Of a stretch of DNA of 64,000 bases, positions 47,911-57,542 are shown one piece after another. Positions within the stretch are counted from its first letter, which is position 1. Each line of letters begins with the position of its first letter. The translations under genes and the position numbers were made by a program. The DNA is from an uncultured Actinomycetota bacterium (GTDB lineage Bacteria; Actinomycetota; Actinomycetes; Mycobacteriales; Mycobacteriaceae), in the NCBI GenBank assembly GCA_963736825.1, contig CAVTQJ010000007.1:18196-82195 (forward strand), read 5' to 3'. The notes beneath the pieces were generated by a model, which saw only the letters and a program-made list of their open reading frames with translations, searched no databases and had not been told where the DNA came from.

Positions 47911-49746
47911 TTAGAAGGCCGCCTCGTCCAGTTCCATGATGTCGTTGTCGACGGTCTCGATGACCTGACGCGTACTGGTGAGCAGCGGCAGCATGTTCTT
48001 GGCGAAGAACGACGCCACCGCGACCTTGCCCTCGTAGAAGGCGCGGTCGTCGCCGCTGGCGCCCGCGTCGAGCGCCTCGATCGCGACTGCGGCCTGTCGC
48101 TGCAGCAGCCAGCCGATGACCAGGTCACCGACGCTCATCAGGAAGCGCACCGAACCCAGGCCGACCTTGTAGAGGCTCTGCGGGTTCTCCTGCGCGACCA
48201 TCAGGTAGCCGGTCAGCGAGGCGGCCATGGCCTGCACGTCTTCCAGTGCGGTCGCCAGCAGCGCCCGTTCGGCCTTCAGGCGCCCGTTGCCTGACTCGTT
48301 GCGCACGAACTGCTCGATCTGGCCGGCGACGTGGGCCAGCGCCACACCCTTGTCGCGGACGATCTTGCGGAAGAAGAAGTCCTGCGCCTGGATGGCCGTG
48401 GTGCCCTCGTACAGCGAGTCGATCTTGGCGTCGCGGATGTACTGCTCGATGGGGTAGTCCTGCAGGAAGCCGGAGCCGCCGAACGTCTGCAGGCTCTCCG
48501 TCAGCTTGGCGTAGGCCTGCTCGGAGCCGACGCCCTTGACGATCGGCAGCAGCAGGTCGTTGACCTTGACCGCCAGCTCGGCGTCCACACCCTGCACCGC
48601 CTGGGCCACTGCGGCGTCCTGGTAGGTGCTGGTGAACAGGTACAGCGCACGCAGACCCTCGGCATAGGCCTTCTGGGTCATCAGGCTGCGGCGCACGTCG
48701 GGGTGGTGCGTGATGGTCACGCGCGGCGCGGTCTTGTCGGTCATCTGGGTCATGTCGGCGCCCTGCACGCGGTTCTTCGCGTAGTCGAGCGCGTTCAGGT
48801 AACCGGTCGACAGAGTCGCGATGGCCTTGGTGCCGACCATCATGCGGGCCTGCTCGATGACGTCGAACATCTGCGCGATACCCTCGTGCCTCTCGCCGAC
48901 GAGCCAGCCCTTGGCGGGCTTGTCGTGCTGGCCGAGCGAAAGCTCGCACGTGGCAGACACTTTCAGGCCCATCTTGTGCTCGACGTTGGTGACGTACACA
49001 CCGTTGCGCTCGCCGAGCTCGCCGGTCTCGAAGTCGAAGAGGAACTTCGGCACGAAGAACAGCGACAGTCCCTTGGTACCCGGGCCTGCACCTTCGGGAC
49101 GGGCCAGCACCAGGTGGAAGATGTTCTCGAACAGGTCGCCGGAGTCACCCGAGGTGATGAACCGCTTGACCCCGTCGATGTGCCAGGAGCCGTCGTCCTG
49201 CTTGACGGCCTTCGTCCGGCCCGCGCCGACGTCGGAGCCGGCGTCGGGCTCGGTCAGCACCATCGTGGAGCCCCAGCCGCGCTCGGCGGCGATGACGGCC
49301 CACTTCTTCTGCTCGTCGGTGCCGAGGCGGTGCAGGATGTTGGCGAAGCCTGCGCCGCCGCCGTACATCCATACGGCCGGGTTGGCGCCGAGGATGTGCT
49401 CGTGTAGCGCCCACATGAGTGCCTTGGGCGCCGGCACGCCGCCGAGTTCCTCGTCGAGGCCGACGCGGTCCCAGCCGCCGTCGAGCATGGCGCGAACCGA
49501 CTTCTTGAACGGCTCGGGCAGCGTCACCGCGTGAGTCTTGGGGTCGAATGTGGGGGGGTTGCGGTCGCTGTCGGCGAACGACTCGGCGATCGGCCCCTCG
49601 GCCAGCCGGGCCATCTCGCCCAGCATGTCCCTGGCGGTGTCGGCATCGAGATCGGCGTACTCGCCCTCACCGAAAGCCTTGTCGAGGCCGAAGACCTCAA
49701 AAAGATTGAATACCTGGTCACGAACGTTGCTCTTGTAGTGGCTCAC
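47911..49746 (-). CDS. fadE5: Acyl-CoA dehydrogenase (Rv0244c)
   Basis: Motifs [30 protein letters not shown] and YEGTTAIQ. Confidence 0.96.
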   Translation of the reverse strand: MSHYKSNVRDQVFNLFEVFGLDKAFGEGEYADLDADTARDMLGEMARLAEGPIAESFADSDRNPPTFDPKTHAVTLPEPFKKSVRAMLDGGWDRVGLDEELGGVPAPKALMWALHEHILGANPAVWMYGGGAGFANILHRLGTDEQKKWAVIAAERGWGSTMVLTEPDAGSDVGAGRTKAVKQDDGSWHIDGVKRFITSGDSGDLFENIFHLVLARPEGAGPGTKGLSLFFVPKFLFDFETGELGERNGVYVTNVEHKMGLKVSATCELSLGQHDKPAKGWLVGERHEGIAQMFDVIEQARMMVGTKAIATLSTGYLNALDYAKNRVQGADMTQMTDKTAPRVTITHHPDVRRSLMTQKAYAEGLRALYLFTSTYQDAAVAQAVQGVDAELAVKVNDLLLPIVKGVGSEQAYAKLTESLQTFGGSGFLQDYPIEQYIRDAKIDSLYEGTTAIQAQDFFFRKIVRDKGVALAHVAGQIEQFVRNESGNGRLKAERALLATALEDVQAMAASLTGYLMVAQENPQSLYKVGLGSVRFLMSVGDLVIGWLLQRQAAVAIEALDAGASGDDRAFYEGKVAVASFFAKNMLPLLTSTRQVIETVDNDIMELDEAAF

Positions 49747-49794
49747 GTTTCCTCCTCGATGAGAATGCCACCTGCGGTTGGGTACTTTTGGCTA

Positions 49795-49836
49795 AGTTAC
49801 CCACCAGTAACTGCCGCCGACTATACCGCTCGGTAA
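49795..49836. promoter_or_regulatory. Two TTAC-N6-GTAA-type operators upstream of fadE5
   Basis: AGTTAC-ccacca-GTAACT (49795-49812) and ATAC-cgctcg-GTAA (49823-49836). Confidence 0.6.
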
Positions 49837-49945
49837 CTTGAACGCAAAGCCGCCGCGAGCAATTTCCATCGCCTAAGTAACCCAATGGTTGGTCGGGCCG
49901 CCGGTGACCGGCGGAAATGGCGACTGACGTGGGCATTCGGCTGTC

Positions 49946-49961
49946 TGTGATACCTACCACA
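49946..49961. promoter_or_regulatory. Putative CRP site
   Basis: TGTGA-taccta-CCACA (1 mismatch), centred about 40 nt upstream of a probable leaderless start (TAAGGT -10 at 49981). Confidence 0.45.
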
Positions 49962-49992
49962 GCGGTGTCACACGCACCACTAAGGTGAACGT

Positions 49993-51589
<1,597 letters not shown>

Positions 51590-51601
51590 GGCGTCGTAGC
51601 A

Positions 51602-51757
51602 CTAAGGACGCGCGGCAAGCTCCTCGCGATAACCCTGCACCCGCTGCTCCAGTTCGGCCGCGTCGTCGGGCCTGCCCTCCCGGCGCGCGAGGTCGGCGCG
51701 GGCGGACAGTTCCCGGATTGCGGTGCGAATGTCGTTGATGCTGTGCGTTTCCGACAC
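51602..51757 (-). CDS. Small 51-aa helical protein downstream of sdhB (not in the ORF track)
   Basis: GAAAGG RBS and GTG start: MSETHSINDIRTAIRELSARADLARREGRPDDAAELEQRVQGYREELAARP*. Confidence 0.7.
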   Translation of the reverse strand: MSETHSINDIRTAIRELSARADLARREGRPDDAAELEQRVQGYREELAARP

Positions 51758-51815
51758 GATGGCCGCCTTTCGTCGGTGATTGGCCGCTACCGAAAGGCTA
51801 CGCGCGCTTACTGCG

Positions 51816-52568
51816 TCACCGTCGGAACAGTTTGTTGCCCAGCCACACCACGGGGTCGTACTTGCGGTCGGCGGCGCGCTCCTTCATCGGGATCAGCGCG
51901 TTGTCGGTGATCTTGATGTGTTCGGGGCACACCTCGGTGCAGCATTTGGTGATGTTGCAGTAGCCGAGGCCGTTGTCCTCCTGAGCCTGCTCGGGGCGCC
52001 GTTCCAGCGTGTCGAGCGGATGCATGTCCAGCTCGGCCTGACGCATCAGGTAACGCGGACCGGAGAACGCCAACTTGTTCTCCTCGTGGTCGCGAACCAC
52101 GTGACAGGTGTTCTGACACAGGAAGCACTCGATGCACTTGCGGAACTCCTGGCTGCGGTTCACGTCTTCCTGCGCCATCCGGTACTCGCCGGGCTGCAGG
52201 TCCTTCGGCGGCGTGAACGACGGGATCTCGCGCGCCTTCTCGTAGTTGAACGACACGTCGGTGACGAGGTCGCGGATCACCGGGAAGGTCCGCAGCGGTG
52301 TCACCGAGATGGTTTCATCCTCGCCGAACGTCGACATCCGGGTCATGCACATCAGCCGCGGCCGACCGTTGATCTCCGCCGAGCACGATCCGCACTTGCC
52401 CGCCTTGCAGTTCCAGCGCACGGCCAGGTCGGGCGTCTGGGTCTGCTGCAGGCGATGGATGATGTCGAGGACCACTTCGCCCTCGTTCACCTCGACCTCG
52501 TAGTCCTCCAGCGCGCCGCCGTCGATGTCTCCGCGCCACACCCGCATGTTCGCCTGGTAGGCCATCAT
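51816..52568 (-). CDS. sdhB: Succinate dehydrogenase 1 iron-sulfur subunit (Rv0247c)
   Basis: Cys clusters CKAGKCGSC, CIECFLCQNTC and CNITKCCTEVCP. Confidence 0.95.
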   Translation of the reverse strand: MMAYQANMRVWRGDIDGGALEDYEVEVNEGEVVLDIIHRLQQTQTPDLAVRWNCKAGKCGSCSAEINGRPRLMCMTRMSTFGEDETISVTPLRTFPVIRDLVTDVSFNYEKAREIPSFTPPKDLQPGEYRMAQEDVNRSQEFRKCIECFLCQNTCHVVRDHEENKLAFSGPRYLMRQAELDMHPLDTLERRPEQAQEDNGLGYCNITKCCTEVCPEHIKITDNALIPMKERAADRKYDPVVWLGNKLFRR

Positions 52569-54517
52569 TTGCTCCGTTCTGGATGCTGGGCGACTTCCTC
52601 GTCGGTGAAGTACTTCTCCAACTCGGAGAGCTCGAACAGGTCGAGCAGGTCCTGGCGCACGGGGATCTGGTCCTGCCTGGTGACGGCGACCTCGGGCACC
52701 AGGGCGTCGGGATCACCGTCGGCCCGGCAAACCAGAAGCGTCTTGCGCCAGCCGGACTCCATCGCGGGGTGATCGTCACGGGTGTGGCCGCCCCGGCTCT
52801 CGGTGCGCATCAGCGCGGCCTTGGCGATGCACTCACTGACAAGCATCATGTTGCGCAGGTCGATCGCGAGGTGCCAACCGGGGTTGAACGGCCGGTTCCC
52901 GTCGATCCGAACGCGCTTGTACCGCTCGCGCAGCTCGGTCAGCTTGCCCAGCGCCTCGGTGATCTCTTCTTCCTTGCGGATGATGCCGACAAGGCTGTTC
53001 ATCGTGTCCTGCAGGTCGAGCTGCAGTGTGTACGGGTTCTCCGGCGTATCGCCGTTGGTTGCGGTTTCGAACGGCAGCAGCGCACGTTTGATGGCGTCGT
53101 CGACGGCCTCTTCGGTGACCGCGGGCCGCTCGGGCAGCGCGCGCACGTAGTCCGATGCGCCGAGGCCGGCGCGTCGGCCGAACACAAGGAGGTCGGACAG
53201 CGAGTTGCCGCCGAGCCGGTTCGAGCCGTGCATGCCGCCTGCGCACTCACCCGCGGCGAATAGGCCGGGCGTGGTGGCCGCTGCGGTGTCCGGGTCGACC
53301 TCGACGCCGCCCATCACGTAGTGACAGGTCGGCCCGACTTCCATCGGCTCCTTGGTGATGTCGACCTCGGCCAGCTCCATGAACTGGTGGTACATCGACG
53401 GCAGCCTGCGCTTGATCTCCTCGGCGGGCAGCCTCGACGCGATGTCGAGGAAGACGCCGCCGTGCGGGGAGTTGCGGCCGGCCTTCACCTCGGAGTTTAT
53501 GGCGCGGGCCACCTCGTCGCGGGGCAGCAGGTCGGGGGTGCGGCGTGCCGAGTCGTTGTCCTTGAGCCACTGGTCGGCCTCGTCGATGCTCTCGGCGTAC
53601 TGGCCTTTGAACACCGGCGGGATGTAGTCGAACATGAACCGGGTGCCCTCGGCGTTCTTCAGCACGCCGCCGTCACCGCGCACGCCCTCGGTGACCAGGA
53701 TGCCCTTCACGCTCGGAGGCCAGACCATGCCGGTCGGGTGGAACTGGACGAACTCCATGTTGATCAGCGTGGCGCCCGCGCGCAGCGCCAGCGCGTGCCC
53801 GTCGCCGGTGTACTCCCACGAATTCGACGTCACCTTGTAGGACTTGCCGATGCCCCCGGTGGCCAGCACCACTGCGGGCGTCTCGAAGAGGATGAAGCTA
53901 CCGGTCTCGCGCCAGTAGCCGAAGGCGCCGGCGATCCGGTCGCCGTGCTTGATCAGATCGGTGATCGTGCATTCGTGGAAGACCCTGATGCGTGCCTCGT
54001 AGTCGCCGAATTCGGCCTTGTCCTCCTGCTGCAGCGACACGATCTTCTGCTGCAGGGTCCGGATGATCTCCAGACCGGTGCGGTCGCCGACGTGGGCCAG
54101 CCGCGGGTAGGTGTGGCCGCCGAAGTTGCGCTGGCTGATCCGGCCGTCCTTGGTGCGGTCGAACAGTGCCCCGTAGGTCTCGAGCTCCCACACCCGGTCG
54201 GGCGCCTCCTTGGCGTGCAATTCGGCCATCCGCCAGTTGTTGAGGAACTTGCCGCCGCGCATGGTGTCGCGGAAGTGGACCTGCCAGTTGTCCTTCGAGT
54301 TCGCGTTGCCCATCGACGCCGCGCAGCCACCCTCGGCCATCACCGTGTGGGCCTTGCCGAACAGCGACTTGGTGATCACGGCAACCTTCTGACCCCGCTC
54401 GCGGGCCTCGATCACCGCACGCAAGCCGGCGCCGCCGGCACCGATGACGACGACGTCGTAGGAATGCCGTTCGACTTGCGATGAGGCGCTCGGCCGAAGG
54501 GCATCTTGCTCAGTCAT
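52565..54517 (-). CDS. sdhA: Succinate dehydrogenase 1 flavoprotein (Rv0248c)
   Basis: Motifs GAGGAG, AHTVMAEGG, QFHPT, HYVMGG and HGSNRLGGNSL. Confidence 0.96.
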   Translation of the reverse strand: MTEQDALRPSASSQVERHSYDVVVIGAGGAGLRAVIEARERGQKVAVITKSLFGKAHTVMAEGGCAASMGNANSKDNWQVHFRDTMRGGKFLNNWRMAELHAKEAPDRVWELETYGALFDRTKDGRISQRNFGGHTYPRLAHVGDRTGLEIIRTLQQKIVSLQQEDKAEFGDYEARIRVFHECTITDLIKHGDRIAGAFGYWRETGSFILFETPAVVLATGGIGKSYKVTSNSWEYTGDGHALALRAGATLINMEFVQFHPTGMVWPPSVKGILVTEGVRGDGGVLKNAEGTRFMFDYIPPVFKGQYAESIDEADQWLKDNDSARRTPDLLPRDEVARAINSEVKAGRNSPHGGVFLDIASRLPAEEIKRRLPSMYHQFMELAEVDITKEPMEVGPTCHYVMGGVEVDPDTAAATTPGLFAAGECAGGMHGSNRLGGNSLSDLLVFGRRAGLGASDYVRALPERPAVTEEAVDDAIKRALLPFETATNGDTPENPYTLQLDLQDTMNSLVGIIRKEEEITEALGKLTELRERYKRVRIDGNRPFNPGWHLAIDLRNMMLVSECIAKAALMRTESRGGHTRDDHPAMESGWRKTLLVCRADGDPDALVPEVAVTRQDQIPVRQDLLDLFELSELEKYFTDEEVAQHPERSK

Positions 54518-54561
54518 GAATCCTCATTTGCTTTCGTACCTGGGCTGTCCGAAAAGGGTTC

Positions 54562-55383
54562 TCAGCCAACGAATCTGAGATCGGAGATGGCGCCGCTGGC
54601 CACCAGGGCGATGTAGAAGTCGGTCAGCATGAGTGTGCCGAGGGTGATCCACGCGTACAGCTTGTGGCGGGTGTTCAAGCGGCTCACCTGCGTCCACATC
54701 CAGTAGCGGACAGGGTGTTTCGAGAAGTGCTTGAGGCGGCCGCCGACCACGTGGCGGCAGGAGTGGCACGAAATGGTGTACACCCACAGCATCACGACGT
54801 TGACGACGAGAATGACGTTGCCCAAGCCGAATCCGAAGCCCGACGGCGAGTGGAACGCCACGATGGCGTCGTAGGTGTTGATCACCGAGATGATGGCGGC
54901 GATGTAGAAGAAGTAGCGGTGCAAGTTCTGGACGATCAGCGGAAAGCGGGTTTCGCCGGTGTATTTCGCATGGGGTTCGGCGACGGCGCACGCGGTGGGG
55001 GACTGCCACACCGAGCGGTAGTAGGCGCCGCGGTAGTAATAGCAGGTCAACCGGAACAGCAGCAGGAATGGCAGCGACAGCGCGGCGAAGGGCAGCCACC
55101 ACACGTCGGGCAGGATCTGCGGCCAGAAGTGACTGGCCTCGGGCACGCAACCCTTGCTGATGCACGGCGAGTAGAACGGCGTCAGGTAGTGGTATTGCGC
55201 GACGTAGTAGTTGTTCTGCAGGAAGGCACGTACGGTCGCGTAGATCACGAACGCGGCGAAGCCGAGGTCGACGATCAGCGGCGACTGCCACCAGCGATCC
55301 GTGCGGAGGGTGCGCTGGGGAATCTCGGCGCGGGTGGGCGAGAAGACGCCGGTGGCCTGACGGTCGGCGGTGGGTGCGCTCAC
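54562..55383 (-). CDS. Sdh1 membrane anchor (Rv0249c)
   Basis: Multi-TM protein with TCYYYR and SCHSCRH, plus synteny. Confidence 0.92.
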   Translation of the reverse strand: MSAPTADRQATGVFSPTRAEIPQRTLRTDRWWQSPLIVDLGFAAFVIYATVRAFLQNNYYVAQYHYLTPFYSPCISKGCVPEASHFWPQILPDVWWLPFAALSLPFLLLFRLTCYYYRGAYYRSVWQSPTACAVAEPHAKYTGETRFPLIVQNLHRYFFYIAAIISVINTYDAIVAFHSPSGFGFGLGNVILVVNVVMLWVYTISCHSCRHVVGGRLKHFSKHPVRYWMWTQVSRLNTRHKLYAWITLGTLMLTDFYIALVASGAISDLRFVG

Positions 55384-55434
55384 AGTAGCCTTTCCAAGTC
55401 CAGTTACGTGCTCCGCAGTGCCACAGAGCCTAAA

Positions 55435-55737
55435 TCAGCCCCTGCTGTGACCCCCGACACCCTCGTCATCCACGTCCCGCCAGAAGTCGGTGTCGTACTG
55501 GGTGTCCGGGATCGCGATCCGCTCGGCGGAGTGCCGGTGACGGGTTACCCCGCGAGTGAGTTCGAATTCCTCGGCGTCGATGTCGAGCCGGTCGATGTCG
55601 TTGAGGATCCGCTCGGCGTCGTTGACGATCCGCCGCATCGCCGGGGTGTCCCCGTATCGAGACGCCAACGACGTCACGCACCGGCGCAGGCCACCGATCA
55701 ACTCGTGCAGCTCGGCAAATTCGCTGGTACCCGACAT
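55435..55737 (-). CDS. Rv0250c ortholog (first gene of the sdh1 operon)
   Basis: ELHELIGGLRRCV...IPDTQYDTDFWRDVDDEGVGG. AAGGAGG RBS. Confidence 0.9.
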   Translation of the reverse strand: MSGTSEFAELHELIGGLRRCVTSLASRYGDTPAMRRIVNDAERILNDIDRLDIDAEEFELTRGVTRHRHSAERIAIPDTQYDTDFWRDVDDEGVGGHSRG

Positions 55738-55812
55738 CAGACCTCCTTGGGCTGAAGGGTGTCTACAAATCACAGTACGACAACCGATGTTGGCCACATC
55801 AAGCGGATTCGA

Positions 55813-55828
55813 CGTGAGACGGGACACG
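55813..55828. promoter_or_regulatory. Putative CRP site upstream of the sdh1 operon
   Basis: CGTGA-gacggg-ACACG (1 mismatch to YGTGA-N6-TCACR). Confidence 0.5.
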
Positions 55829-55857
55829 TCACACAACAGTCATACGAGAATGGGGCC

Positions 55858-56619
55858 ATGGCGAACAACGAGGTGTTGCAGGAGCGCGCGGGTGCGCTGC
55901 TCGAATCCCATCGGCCTGGCGATCCGGTCGTGCTGCCGACGGTGTGGGACGCGTGGTCGGCCAAGCTGGCGGTCGAGGCCGGCTTCTCGGCGTTGACCGT
56001 CGGCAGCCACCCGGTCGCCGACTCGGTCGGCAAGCCCGACAACGAGGGCATGACCTTCGACGATCTGTTGACCCGCGTCGCGCAGATCACCGCGGCGGTC
56101 GACGTTCCCGTGTCCGTCGACATCGAGTCCGGCTACGGCGAGGCACCCGCGCGCCTCATCGCCGGCCTGCTCGACGCCGGGGCGGTCGGCCTCAACATCG
56201 AGGACACCGTGCACAGCGAGGGGAGCCGGCTGCGGTCGTCACACGAGCACGCCGAGCTCGTCGGGGCGTTACGGAGCGCGGCGAACAGCGCAGGCGTCCA
56301 CGTGGTGCTCAACGCGCGCACCGACTTGTTCTTACGCGAAGACGGCGACGAGGCCGACCGGGTTGACAGAGCCGTGGCGCGGCTGACCGAAGCCGCCGAC
56401 GCCGGTGCCGACGTGCTCTATCCGGTTGGGCGCCATGACCAGGACACGTTGCGGCGGTTGACTTCTGAGTTGCCGCTGCCCGTGAACGCGATCGCGATGC
56501 CCGATCAGTCGGACCCGGCGGCGTTCGGCCCGCTCGGCGTCGCGCGGATCAGCTTCGGCCCCTTCCTGCAGGCGGCGCTCGCGGGGCGCGCGAGGGAGAT
56601 TCTGGCTCGCTGGACTTAG
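55858..56619 (+). CDS. Isocitrate lyase/PEP-mutase superfamily protein
   Basis: Motifs WDAWSA, VDIESGYG, GLNIED, NARTD and AGADV. Confidence 0.9.
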   Translation: MANNEVLQERAGALLESHRPGDPVVLPTVWDAWSAKLAVEAGFSALTVGSHPVADSVGKPDNEGMTFDDLLTRVAQITAAVDVPVSVDIESGYGEAPARLIAGLLDAGAVGLNIEDTVHSEGSRLRSSHEHAELVGALRSAANSAGVHVVLNARTDLFLREDGDEADRVDRAVARLTEAADAGADVLYPVGRHDQDTLRRLTSELPLPVNAIAMPDQSDPAAFGPLGVARISFGPFLQAALAGRAREILARWT

Positions 56620-56628
56620 CATGCCGGC

Positions 56629-56896
56629 GTGCCTCCCGACCACGACCCGGAACACTGGTCCAACCGGCCTGCGACGATATTCATCGCGGGCGCGGCGGCG
56701 GTGCTCCTGGTCGGGGTGCTGATCGTCGCGGTGGCGCGAACCGCCGACGACTCGTCGGAACTGCCCGACACATTCGTCGCGCCGACGACCAGCATGCCGT
56801 CGAGCGCCTGGACGCCGTCGACAACGACGACCGAGGACACCCCCGGAGCCCGGAACCGTCACCGAAACGGCGACTTTGCTACCGCCTCCGCCGTAA
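56629..56896 (+). CDS. Small single-TM protein with a Thr/Pro-rich tail; probable +1 frameshift in a C5 run (as written the ORF ends at 56916)
   Basis: TM segment IFIAGAAAVLLVGVLIVAV. Removing one C at 56840-56844 gives ...TTTTEDTPEPGTVTETATLLPPPP*. Confidence 0.55.
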
Positions 56897-56937
56897 TCGC
56901 ACCTGAAATCGGCTGAATCGTCACATAGGCTGGGCAA

Positions 56938-57438
56938 ATGACTACTTCGACCCGGATCATCACAGTCGTTATGGCCGCGGCCGGCCTGATCGGGTCGGGG
57001 TTGGGCACCGGATCGGCCTCGGCCGACTCGGCCAACGGCGGGATGGTGCCTCTTGGGCTCACCTACCGGGCCTGCGATTTCGGGAAGGTCCAGCACGTCG
57101 CCACGGACGCCACCGGTTCTGGCACGGCGGTCATCGGCACCGGCGGCACGAACACCGTGACCGCCGACGTGTTCCTGATGATCGCCAAGCCCAACACCCC
57201 GTACCAGGTGAGGTTGATTCAGGGGCCGCGGCCGGGCACACAGAAATGCAACGCCGGTGACCCTGGCGTCGCGAGCGCCGTGTTGAACACCGACGGCAAC
57301 GGGGTCGGTTCGGTGACCCTGCGCGACGCACTTCGTTCGGATGCCACCAACGCGTGGGTGTTCGTCGACGGACCGCCGGACGTCGGCCAGATCCGCGGCG
57401 ACTTCTATACATCAGACCTTCTGACCAGTCTGAAGTAG
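56938..57438 (+). CDS. Secreted hypothetical protein
   Basis: Signal peptide ending ASA-D, two Cys, beta-rich mature part. Confidence 0.75.
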   Translation: MTTSTRIITVVMAAAGLIGSGLGTGSASADSANGGMVPLGLTYRACDFGKVQHVATDATGSGTAVIGTGGTNTVTADVFLMIAKPNTPYQVRLIQGPRPGTQKCNAGDPGVASAVLNTDGNGVGSVTLRDALRSDATNAWVFVDGPPDVGQIRGDFYTSDLLTSLK

Positions 57439-57448
57439 AGCGAATAGC

Positions 57449-57476
57449 CTCACACCCGCCGGCGGCGGCCCGTGAG
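57449..57476. promoter_or_regulatory. NnaR-type operator upstream of nirB
   Basis: CTCAC-N18-GTGAG; identical geometry at 62371-62398. Confidence 0.7.
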
Positions 57477-57542
57477 AACACCGTGATGGGCGCGTCACAC
57501 GCGGCGACATACGCGGCAATATCGGCTGCTTAGCCTCGCGTC

